Positions 25,171 to 33,764 of a stretch of DNA of 64,000 nucleotides are shown here, piece by piece. Source of the stretch: Bacteroidota bacterium (GTDB taxonomy: Bacteria; Bacteroidota; Bacteroidia; 2-12-FULL-35-15); contig JAOQAD010000018.1 in assembly GCA_025963775.1 (NCBI GenBank), positions 992-64,991 on the forward strand, written 5' to 3'. The notes under the pieces are model-generated. The model ran no database searches. It had not been told where the DNA came from and saw only the letters and a program-made list of their open reading frames with translations. How positions within the stretch are numbered: the stretch's first letter is position 1; each line of letters begins with the position of its first letter. The position numbers and the translations under genes were made by a program.

Positions 25171-25304
25171 TTCCTTTCCTGAAAGAATTGCAGCGTGTCA
25201 CCCTTAATTTTAGGGGGTGTTTTGCGGCAAAATCACACAAAAAGCGCCTGAAAACTTCTTGATAAGCATAAAAGACTGGCGTTCCTTTGCATAAAAATAA
25301 AAGC

Positions 25305-25607
25305 ATGGAACAACAGATTATTTTAAATGTATCGAAAGAAGAGCTGCGTCAACTCATTGTGGAGGTCTTCCGGGAAGCGTCAGAGGTAAAACAGTTAACC
25401 CAACGGTTAAAAGATGCAACAGAACGTTTGCTTACCCGCAAGGAAGTAGCTGCGCTTTTAAAGGTTTCTCTTCCTACGCTCCGTCAATATGTTAAAGATG
25501 GCCTGATCCAGTCCCACAGGATCGGAAGACGGGTGCTTTTTAAGGCCAATGACGTTGAAAGTGCTTTAACAGCGGTAAAGATGCAGAAATTCAAAAGGAG
25601 GGACTAA
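25305..25607 (+). CDS. excisionase-family / MerR-like HTH DNA-binding protein
   Basis: LLTRKEVAALLKVSLPTLRQYVKDGLIQSHRIGRRVLFKANDVESAL. Confidence 0.7.
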   Translation: MEQQIILNVSKEELRQLIVEVFREASEVKQLTQRLKDATERLLTRKEVAALLKVSLPTLRQYVKDGLIQSHRIGRRVLFKANDVESALTAVKMQKFKRRD

Positions 25608-25816
25608 TGGCGCACAAAAACGATTATTCGGTTGTGGTCTTCTTCCCGGACTTTACGCCTAAGAAATGGCAATTTGTTCATCGGCTTAACACAATGGCTA
25701 ATCATTTAAACGAAAAGCATCCGAGCTGGATATACATGAATATTTACAACAGGCGGGAAGGGCGGTTTATAAAGCGATTTTATAAAGAAGATGTTATTCC
25801 TGAGTTTGTGGAATAA
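25607..25816 (+). CDS. hypothetical island protein
   Basis: 69-aa ORF whose ATG overlaps the upstream stop (taATGg). Confidence 0.4.
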   Translation: MAHKNDYSVVVFFPDFTPKKWQFVHRLNTMANHLNEKHPSWIYMNIYNRREGRFIKRFYKEDVIPEFVE

Positions 25817-25829
25817 TGGGTAAATCAAT

Positions 25830-27182
25830 TTATTGTTTCAATAGTTTTTTGCTGATCGTCATTTTTTCATCCGACAGCTGAATAAGGTATATACCATTTG
25901 TTAATCCTTCAACGTTAATTTCGATAGCAGTTTTCCCTTCAATAAAACCATCTTTTTGCGAATAAACTGTTTGCCCTAAAATATTTTTTATTTGAATTAC
26001 CGGATTATTTAACATTTGAATAAGTTCTATTGTTAGTTGATCTGTTGTCGGATTTGGATAAACATTAAGAGAGGAATTTGGTTGTTCACTTTCGTCAACC
26101 CCGATAACCTGCTCACAATCTTGGGAAAGTGTGTAATCGCCCCTGAAAATGCCAATGTTGTTAATCGTATCTCCATTATAAGCGTATTTCGCACCGCCAA
26201 CAATTAACGAATCATTATAGAATATAATTTTTGAAAAGAGAGAACCGGGAGTTGTATTGCATGGTACACTATCATAAAAGCAAAAGTCTGTTCCGTTAAA
26301 AGAAAGAAATCCTTTGAACTGTCGACCTGAGTACGCAGAACAGGCTCCCACCATATACAGCTGATTATTTTGTACGGCCATATCAGTAATAGCAAGCTGT
26401 AAGCCACCACCTAAATCATTAAAGTTTGTCCCGTCATAGGAAAATATAGCATTTCCAACGTTGCCTGAAGCCTTGTTAAATTCCCCGGCAATAAAAAGTT
26501 TATTATCATATACTATAAGTTTAAAAACCCGTGCAAATGTTCCAACAATACTTGTTCCAATAGAAACCCATTGACTTCCATTCCATTTCATCAGATTTCT
26601 AATAGTTCCTGTTGTATCGGTAAAGAGTCCCCCAACATACAATTCATTGTTATACACTACGGCGGTTGAAAAATTTCCGCCGTACATAGGCCAAATCATA
26701 TGATTAGAAAAGGTTAATAAATTAGAGCCATCATATTGAGCAAAGTAATTTAATGGGACAGTATTTAAGGAATCAAAAGATCCCATTATTACTATGTTTC
26801 CATTGTATTTAGCGATACCTGTAATTCCATTATAATCGGTTACTGATGCTATTTCTGTCCATGTTCCCGCATTCTTTTTCCAAATTGACTGATCGCCATA
26901 AGCATACAGCGTACCATCAATATATTGAAAGTGCTTTATCGAGTTTGGGAGCTGTGGAATTGAATCCCAGGTAGTCCCGTCCCATTTTGCAACGTAATCC
27001 GAAACATAGCCACCTAATAAATTAAAAACGCCTGCCATATATAGTGTGTTATCGGTACTATCTACAGCGAGAGACCAGACAGTGCCATTGTACATACCGC
27101 CGCCCAAAGGCTTATATAAACCTGTTTGGCCGTAAAGCCAAACAGGTATTATAAGCATCGTTATAAAAATTATTTTTTTCAT
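25830..27182 (-). CDS. T9SS (type A) secreted beta-propeller (Kelch-like) repeat protein
   Basis: Signal peptide. Repeats of the form ..VxxxxVxxNxLYxxGxF......xxWDGxxW... C-terminal LNVYPNPTTDQLTIEL...ISKKLLKQ. Confidence 0.75.
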   Translation of the reverse strand: MKKIIFITMLIIPVWLYGQTGLYKPLGGGMYNGTVWSLAVDSTDNTLYMAGVFNLLGGYVSDYVAKWDGTTWDSIPQLPNSIKHFQYIDGTLYAYGDQSIWKKNAGTWTEIASVTDYNGITGIAKYNGNIVIMGSFDSLNTVPLNYFAQYDGSNLLTFSNHMIWPMYGGNFSTAVVYNNELYVGGLFTDTTGTIRNLMKWNGSQWVSIGTSIVGTFARVFKLIVYDNKLFIAGEFNKASGNVGNAIFSYDGTNFNDLGGGLQLAITDMAVQNNQLYMVGACSAYSGRQFKGFLSFNGTDFCFYDSVPCNTTPGSLFSKIIFYNDSLIVGGAKYAYNGDTINNIGIFRGDYTLSQDCEQVIGVDESEQPNSSLNVYPNPTTDQLTIELIQMLNNPVIQIKNILGQTVYSQKDGFIEGKTAIEINVEGLTNGIYLIQLSDEKMTISKKLLKQ

Positions 27183-27225
27183 TTAGTAGATATAAAGTTA
27201 GGCTAAAAACCTAATTTATAATAAT

Positions 27226-30200
27226 TTATTGTTTTATAATTCTTGTTGTCTTTTTAAAGGTACTTGTTTGAACAACAATAAAATACATTCCTCTATCAGC
27301 CCCGCTAATATCAATTGTTTTTAAATGTCCCGACAAAAGGTCTGTTTTCACTTCTAAATAAACTATCCGTCCAAGCATATCATAAACCATTATTGAAGCA
27401 CCTTTTACGTCCATATCGTCCGTTTTGATGTTGTATAGTCCTCTACTGGGATTAGGAAAAACAAGAAAATCAGGAATTTGTACTTCATTTTCGGGGATGC
27501 CGATCATAACCATTGGCATTCCTTTCTGACTTAACCGGATGAAATAAGCATCTGAATTAACTGTTGCGGGATCATAGCCTAGTTGTCCGCCATTAAAGTC
27601 CCACTTTTGAGCATCCTGATATACTCCAATCATTCCGGCTCCATCATCTCCATCACCCGTTCTTGCTAAAGTATGCGTATTAGTAGTCGTTTCAGCAATA
27701 AACAAATGATGCGTCCATACAGCTATGCCACCTGCCGAAGTATTTATATGCCCGGCATCCAATGCGGGAGCACTGCTTGAACCGTAAATATATTGGCCAA
27801 GACACCAATCACTGTATAAAAGATTATCCGAGTTATCACATAAGGCAAAAAGCCCATCACTGTTTCCATTATTCAGCGGTGCTGTACCGGCGAAATTAAA
27901 CCCTGTTGGAATAGCAGGCGTTGAGGGATCATAATATGAAACATCTCTCGAATAGGTTTCTCCAACGGCCAAAATATTTTCAGTGGCGGAATAAGGAGAA
28001 TTGAAAATGATTCCGCCAATGGCTATTCCATTAACGCCATCATTATTATTTCCGCCTCTGTATGTTCCCCAGTTAAAAACTCCGCTACTCGTAAATTCAT
28101 AAAGAAAACCATCCGATGATCCCCCATTGAAAATCGCTCCCGTTGAAGGGCTTCCTTGAAAATAAGCCCCGGTTTTAGGGCAAAGAGGAAATTGTCCGGC
28201 AGTGCTTGGAACGGTACCAAAATCAGCAACGCTTGAAGGAGCAGAGGAACCTGTTGATCCTCCAATAATAATATTACCATTGCTTGGCCTTATGGCAATA
28301 GCATTGCCATAATCGTCACCGCCTCCGCCAATATAGCTAAGCCAAGGTGTTGCTGCGAATTTACCTACAAAGGCATCTAATTGACCACGATTAGAGCCCT
28401 GATTATATGCTCCTGTCAATGTAATAGGATTGAACGTAGCTGCCGATGAAGCTGTTGTTCCCGTAAATAAAAGGTCACTGCTTCCATTGAAAGCAATCTC
28501 ATTTACTACATCATATCCAACACCGCCAATAAATTCAGCACTTACAAGCGCAGCCGAATTGTTTACCTTAATCAAAAATCCATCTCCATTTCCAGAATTG
28601 GAATTATGAAATGTAGTGGAACAGACCGGAAAGCCGTTGTCGCCACTACCGTTTGGGATTACACAAGAATTGGAGGAAGCGGTGCTGTATGTAATGCCTC
28701 CTATTGCTAAAACATTACTTTTGTATTTTATATCATTTGCTATATCATCACCAGAGCCCCCTAAGAAAGTGGAAGTAGCGCCTGATACTGTTGCAAATGC
28801 AGCATACTGAATATCAAGGATAAAAGCATCCTTGCCTCCAGAATAACTATCGTTATAAAAAGGGTTTGCAGTAGGGGGGATTACGAAATCAGAACTTTCT
28901 GTATATCCGGTAACGTAAACATGCCCCCCAGATGAATTTCCTGTTACATCTAATGCCAAAGCCTTGTCATCGTTTGATCCTCCCCAAAATGCAAGCCATT
29001 GAAGTTCATCTGCGTGGGTAGCATAGCCAAAGCCCGGCCAATATGGGCTGCCGAATTTACAGATGAAAGCATCAAAATTAGCATTAAATGGAAAGGTGGC
29101 GCCTGCGCTTGCAGGAAAGGAATTGTCGCTATTAGTGTAACCGCACCAATATGAGTTTCCGTCTGCATCTGTTTTTACATCGGTTGCAGCATCAGAACCT
29201 ATACCACCAAAAGGCGTACACCATTCCGGCGCTCCTAAGTGTCTTTCCTCACGCGGCATAAATCCCTGGTCAAACTTAATCGTTAAGGGGAGAGCTGTAT
29301 TATACGATAAACCCGAAACGCTGTAAACATCGTTGGTGTCTTTTGCCAATGAAGCTGAAATAGGCGTACTGCCCTGAAAGGCATGTAACTTTAATCCCAT
29401 GATTCCAGCGAATGATTTCAGTAAAAGACTGTCCGTTCCGTAAATACTATCCACATCTGCACCTGTAAACCGAATACCTATATCCGCAGGGTCACCGTCA
29501 GGTCTGACAACAAAATAAAACTTTAAACCCTTTAAATTGCTGTCATAGTAAAGGTCAATGCCTGTGTACACTTCCGGCACAACCAATTCCCTGTAACTAT
29601 TCACGTCAGTAATGCTTTCGCTGTGGGTAAAATAATTCAGCTTAGTTACCGCTTGTTCTTCAGCATAGATTTTCGCGTTTCTGTTAGGTTTGATTAACGC
29701 CATATCAATCCGCTGGACTGTATCTTGCGACGAAACCACCGTATCTACCTTTTTGTACACAATGTTCATTGTGTCATACTGGAAATAAAGGTCTGCACCG
29801 GAACTTAGAGTATAAAATTTTAAGCGGTCAACGTCCGATCCGCTGTAATTCTTTAACTGTCCTTTGTTTTCAAAAAATAAAAATTTTTTATCTCTGAAAT
29901 CTGCAAGGGTATCATTTGGTCTATATAACAGTTTTTCTACATAACGAACCGTAGCGTATTCATAAACGCCCGCTGCTGTTTCGCTTGCACCTGTTACCAC
30001 CACAGCCCCCACGGTGTCTATTGCTATGTTCGTTGCCCTGTCGTCTAAATGGCTTTCCCCGTCATAATAAATGCTCCATATAACCGTACCCGCCGTATCG
30101 TACTTTACAGTGTAATAATCCAAACCCTGTACTGCTGTTTGGGCGCTTCCGGTAATATAAATTTTACCGTTGTTATCCATAGCCATTGCGCTTGCTATAT

Positions 30201-31266
30201 CGTTGCCATTCAAAGAATCGTTGAAAGTTCGCGCCCAGATAAGGGAACCGCTGCTGTTATATTTTAATGTAAGATAATCATCACCAGTGGCTGTTCTTGT
30301 TGCGCCGGTTACATAAACATCCCCTGAATTGCTTACCTGTATGCCGTTTGCAATGTCGTTCAAATGGGCTGCCCCATCATAGGTATGCTCCCACAGGATA
30401 TTAAGACTTGAATCCATTTTAATAATATCGTAATCGTAGCCGTTGGAAACAGTTGGTGTTATCCCTGCTAAATAAAGATTTCCGCTGGCATCTTGTACCA
30501 TGGCATGCACTTCCTCAATCCCGGTTGTTCCGCCGGTGCTGATCTTAACTGCCTGCTGCACACCCGAGGTGTTATATTTGACCTCTGCCCAATCGTAGGT
30601 AGTTGTGCCCGTTTGCACTGCCCCTGAAATATAAATAGATGATCCGGATTTTATGATCCGTACCGGAACATCGTTCATATTGCTGGTGTGGTTGAACCGG
30701 GTTGCAAATTGCTGAACGCCCGATGAATTGTAAGAAAGCGATATAAAGTCAAGGTTTACACTCGAATTATAGCTGCTTCCTGTTACCACAACGGTTCCGT
30801 TTGTAGCTACGAATATGTCAGTTCCACAGTCGTATAGGTTTGCACCATCATACGTTCCACGCCATTGCTCTGTTCCGCTTGAATTATATTTAACAACGAT
30901 TAGGTCGGAATAATGGTTTGTCGTGTCATTCGTGATCGCCCCGGTTATGTACACGTTCCCGCTTCCGTCAAGTTGGATGGAGGTTGCGAAATCCTGGGCA
31001 TGGTCTAAGCCGTCAATTTGCCTGATCCATTGCTGAACGCCGGAACTGTTGAATTTTGCCAGCAGGATGTCATAATCTCCAGCAGCTGTTTGTGTCGCCC
31101 CTGCCACAAAAACGTTCCCCGATCCGTCTGTTCGTGTCACATTTTTATAAAAAAAATGTTGCGTTCCGGCAGATGTTTTCCAGTCTTGTAGCACAGTTAG
31201 CTGGGACTGACTATGCCCATAGGCACTTATCAAAGCCCCAACGAGAAAGAATAGTGTTTTTTTCAT
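27226..31266 (-). CDS. large T9SS (type A) secreted SBBP beta-propeller-repeat protein
   Basis: Signal peptide. Repeats DGSGNVYxTGxxxxxxxxxDYxxxKYNSSGxxxW. C-terminal FLVFPNPSRGLYNIK...KKTTRIIKQ. A 43-nt gap to the downstream gene suggests an operon. Confidence 0.8.
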   Translation of the reverse strand: MKKTLFFLVGALISAYGHSQSQLTVLQDWKTSAGTQHFFYKNVTRTDGSGNVFVAGATQTAAGDYDILLAKFNSSGVQQWIRQIDGLDHAQDFATSIQLDGSGNVYITGAITNDTTNHYSDLIVVKYNSSGTEQWRGTYDGANLYDCGTDIFVATNGTVVVTGSSYNSSVNLDFISLSYNSSGVQQFATRFNHTSNMNDVPVRIIKSGSSIYISGAVQTGTTTYDWAEVKYNTSGVQQAVKISTGGTTGIEEVHAMVQDASGNLYLAGITPTVSNGYDYDIIKMDSSLNILWEHTYDGAAHLNDIANGIQVSNSGDVYVTGATRTATGDDYLTLKYNSSGSLIWARTFNDSLNGNDIASAMAMDNNGKIYITGSAQTAVQGLDYYTVKYDTAGTVIWSIYYDGESHLDDRATNIAIDTVGAVVVTGASETAAGVYEYATVRYVEKLLYRPNDTLADFRDKKFLFFENKGQLKNYSGSDVDRLKFYTLSSGADLYFQYDTMNIVYKKVDTVVSSQDTVQRIDMALIKPNRNAKIYAEEQAVTKLNYFTHSESITDVNSYRELVVPEVYTGIDLYYDSNLKGLKFYFVVRPDGDPADIGIRFTGADVDSIYGTDSLLLKSFAGIMGLKLHAFQGSTPISASLAKDTNDVYSVSGLSYNTALPLTIKFDQGFMPREERHLGAPEWCTPFGGIGSDAATDVKTDADGNSYWCGYTNSDNSFPASAGATFPFNANFDAFICKFGSPYWPGFGYATHADELQWLAFWGGSNDDKALALDVTGNSSGGHVYVTGYTESSDFVIPPTANPFYNDSYSGGKDAFILDIQYAAFATVSGATSTFLGGSGDDIANDIKYKSNVLAIGGITYSTASSNSCVIPNGSGDNGFPVCSTTFHNSNSGNGDGFLIKVNNSAALVSAEFIGGVGYDVVNEIAFNGSSDLLFTGTTASSAATFNPITLTGAYNQGSNRGQLDAFVGKFAATPWLSYIGGGGDDYGNAIAIRPSNGNIIIGGSTGSSAPSSVADFGTVPSTAGQFPLCPKTGAYFQGSPSTGAIFNGGSSDGFLYEFTSSGVFNWGTYRGGNNNDGVNGIAIGGIIFNSPYSATENILAVGETYSRDVSYYDPSTPAIPTGFNFAGTAPLNNGNSDGLFALCDNSDNLLYSDWCLGQYIYGSSSAPALDAGHINTSAGGIAVWTHHLFIAETTTNTHTLARTGDGDDGAGMIGVYQDAQKWDFNGGQLGYDPATVNSDAYFIRLSQKGMPMVMIGIPENEVQIPDFLVFPNPSRGLYNIKTDDMDVKGASIMVYDMLGRIVYLEVKTDLLSGHLKTIDISGADRGMYFIVVQTSTFKKTTRIIKQ

Positions 31267-31363
31267 GTTTGTTTTGGTTTAGTTATTACTCAGTGAATTA
31301 TTGGCAAGCGCATGCGTAAAGACAGGATCGAACTAAATTCGATAATGAATCTGATTTTTTAAA

Positions 31364-31391
31364 GGACACTTTTTGACTTCTGTGACATTTT
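31364..31391 (-). promoter_or_regulatory. conserved box ATGTCAC-N12-GTGTCC, instance 2
   Basis: Plus strand ggacactttttgacttctgtgacatttt, 97 nt upstream of the ATG at 31266. Confidence 0.55.
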
Positions 31392-31740
31392 GAAGCAAAA
31401 GATACCTTCAAAGCTGTAGAGCCTTGATCTTAAAGTGGGAGTAGAATAAAAAGTATGCTTATTGAAGTAGTAGTAAATTCAAAAGGGTTGCTTGGTCTTT
31501 AATGCTTTAAATGTTTTTTATCATTTTACAGTGCAAATTTTGAAATTAAGTAAGGGCAATTAAGAGTAACCGGGAATTAAAATTTAACCTTCATACACAT
31601 AGGTCATTTAGCTTAAAAATAGCAGGAGATTTTAACTGAAAAGTAACAAGCTCAGGTTATCATTTTTAACATGACAAATTTTTAAAAATCCGACTTCAAT
31701 GGAGGCGTTCTAACGCATTTTATTTTTTAACCTTTGATAA

Positions 31741-32094
31741 TTAGCATAACAGCACCTTCGGTTTGTTCAATCTCAGGAAAAGGGCATAAAACGAGGTGCG
31801 GAAGATTCGGGAGCATGATGAAAAATGTAAATTTTGATATGTCAAAAACTGGTTAAGTCCTATTATAACATCCGACTTAACCACTACGTACGTGGTGTTG
31901 AAAATCTGAGCCCAAACCCTTGGGATGCATTGATATTGTTGAAATGCAAGGCATGTGGATTTGATTGATTTGCGAAAACTGCAAAAATCAATTTGCCTTT
32001 CCGGGTAAATCATCAAAATTTTAGACGAAAAGAGCTTTCTTGTAAAGATCTTTTTAGGACTTAAAACTGTAATATATCCCGCCTCTTTTATCAT
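31741..32094 (-). CDS. doubtful ORF downstream of the DUF559-like gene
   Basis: ATGA start/stop overlap with the upstream gene suggests translational coupling. The composition is odd and no motif was recognised. Confidence 0.25.
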   Translation of the reverse strand: MIKEAGYITVLSPKKIFTRKLFSSKILMIYPERQIDFCSFRKSIKSTCLAFQQYQCIPRVWAQIFNTTYVVVKSDVIIGLNQFLTYQNLHFSSCSRIFRTSFYALFLRLNKPKVLLC

Positions 32095-32582
32095 CCTTTT
32101 TGAGAGAAAATAATAGTCTTATTAACCTGTTTTTGTTTCCGGCTTTCAATCAAAAATTCGGTAATAAGGTCAGCTGCCTGATTTAGATCATGCTTTGCTA
32201 AAGAATTCGGTATTCGTAAAGTTGAATATCCTTTTTTATAAGAGAAGAGGGTTCGTTTCAGATCACTCATTGCTTGCTTTGAATTATAATTGTGATGGCC
32301 GCCATCCACTTCAATGTTCACTTTTGCGTGGGGAACAGCAATATCGATGGTTTTAAACCCATCCGACTTTTCCAGCTGCGCCGGTACTCCTCGCTGTCTT
32401 AAAGCGAAATAAAGACTTATGGCTTCTTCTGTGGCTGTGGAATAGTCCAAAATGTCCTTGAACCATTCCTGACATTTGCGGCATAAAGAATGTCCGTAAT
32501 GCTTAACTGAATAACTATGAACTTTCTCATCAATGCATTTTTCGCATTGGGAACAATCTGTTTGTTGGTTATAGCGAATCAC
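32091..32582 (-). CDS. DUF559 / Vsr-like endonuclease-fold protein with an N-terminal Cys-rich zinc-ribbon-like region
   Basis: CSQCEKC..HSLCRKC, then TIDIAVPHAKVNIEVDGGHH...TLRIPN, which is typical of the DUF559 restriction-endonuclease-like core. Confidence 0.6.
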   Translation of the reverse strand: MIRYNQQTDCSQCEKCIDEKVHSYSVKHYGHSLCRKCQEWFKDILDYSTATEEAISLYFALRQRGVPAQLEKSDGFKTIDIAVPHAKVNIEVDGGHHNYNSKQAMSDLKRTLFSYKKGYSTLRIPNSLAKHDLNQAADLITEFLIESRKQKQVNKTIIFSQKG

Positions 32583-32631
32583 AGTAAATTAAGTTTAATT
32601 AGATAAGGCTAAGTTAAAAAGAATTATCGAA

Positions 32632-32664
32632 TACAACAAATCCGTTGTACAACATTTCGGTTGT
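32632..32664. promoter_or_regulatory. two abutting palindromic operators (T)ACAAC-N6-GTTGT(A)
   Basis: tacaacaaatccgttgta at 32632..32649 and acaacatttcggttgt at 32649..32664, in the divergent region between the DUF559-like gene and the XRE gene. Confidence 0.5.
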
Positions 32665-32687
32665 TTCCTCTTCTTTTATACTTTGTA

Positions 32688-32903
32688 ATGAAGAAGGAAC
32701 AATTGCTGAAAAAGCTGGGTGCAAGGATTCGTGAGATACGGAATGAGAAGGGTATGACGCAGGCTCAGTTAGCAAATGAGATCGGGAAGGATCAGCAGTC
32801 TGTACAAAGGCTGGAAGCAGGAAATGTAAATCCTAGCTATTACTATTTATTCGAGTTGTCTAAGGGGTTGAAGGTAGAGATTTCAGAACTATTACAATTA
32901 TGA
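32688..32903 (+). CDS. XRE-family HTH transcriptional regulator
   Basis: ATG at 32688. IREIRNEKGMTQAQLANEIGKDQQSVQRLEAGNVNPS. Confidence 0.8.
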   Translation: MKKEQLLKKLGARIREIRNEKGMTQAQLANEIGKDQQSVQRLEAGNVNPSYYYLFELSKGLKVEISELLQL

Positions 32904-33455
32904 GATTTTATTAATTGCCTTTAGTGCATTTGCAAAAAATGTATGTGTGAGGTCCAGCTTTGCTACAATGTCTGTCTTCTTATCGCTGAGTTTTATTATG
33001 TTATTTTCGATTGGGCATTCGTCAACTAAAAAATTTTCCAAGTTTTCAATTGCAGTTTCAAGTACCTCAATACTTTGAATATCTAACCCAAATGAAGAGA
33101 ATGTCTTCTTTAAGGGAGTAATATTTTGATTTATTTCTTTAATGGATTTAGTAACTTCAGATAGTTCTATCTGATCTTTTAAACTAAGTTCATGAGATAT
33201 ATTAAGAAATAATTTCCACGCAATATCCAATTTTGGCTGAAGGTAGTTATGTAAATTAGATGTTTGAGTTTGGTTCTTTTTTAATGAAATAGCGAGGTAT
33301 AATGCTATCATTGCTGTTGTTATTGATATTAGAGAGGTGGAAATATTGATTTTGGTATCAATTTCAAGATATTTATATTGACAAAAAATATAAGAAAACC
33401 ATGCTCCCAATAAGAGAAAAACCAAATTTAGCCAAATACTATTTTTTCCTTTCAT
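32898..33455 (-). CDS. small membrane protein (two N-terminal TM helices + helical cytoplasmic tail), third gene of the GHKL/STAS operon
   Basis: 185 aa. IWLNLVFLLLGAWFSYIF and LISITTAMIALYLAISL. Overlaps the upstream gene by 17 nt. Confidence 0.6.
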   Translation of the reverse strand: MKGKNSIWLNLVFLLLGAWFSYIFCQYKYLEIDTKINISTSLISITTAMIALYLAISLKKNQTQTSNLHNYLQPKLDIAWKLFLNISHELSLKDQIELSEVTKSIKEINQNITPLKKTFSSFGLDIQSIEVLETAIENLENFLVDECPIENNIIKLSDKKTDIVAKLDLTHTFFANALKAINKIS

Positions 33456-33759
33456 AAATAGATTCTTTTACCTTCTTTATATATTTGGGTATCTCATTAG
33501 AAATAAGTATTAAATTATTCCATACCTCATCAGGGCCGAATTCGGATCCTAATCTTATAAAGGCTTCATTGAGAAAAGAACTGGCATATCCTTCTGTGCC
33601 ATCGAGGATGATCTTGAGTTTGACACCTTGTTTTCGCGCCTCTATGTATTTCCCTCGTAAAAGCTTGTCAAAAAATTCTTCTCCTGAAAAAGGCCCATCA
33701 CTATAGTTACGTGCTCCGGTTTCAAGAGCAAAGTCTTTTGCTATATTAATTTCTATCAT
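33439..33759 (-). CDS. STAS-like DUF4325-type protein
   Basis: 106 aa. ARNYSDGPFSGEEFFDKLL...VKLKIILDGTEGYASSFLNEAF resembles the DUF4325 STAS-like family that usually accompanies GHKL ATP-binding proteins. A 5-nt gap separates it from the upstream gene. Confidence 0.55.
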   Translation of the reverse strand: MIEINIAKDFALETGARNYSDGPFSGEEFFDKLLRGKYIEARKQGVKLKIILDGTEGYASSFLNEAFIRLGSEFGPDEVWNNLILISNEIPKYIKKVKESIYERKK

Positions 33760-33764
33760 CTTTT

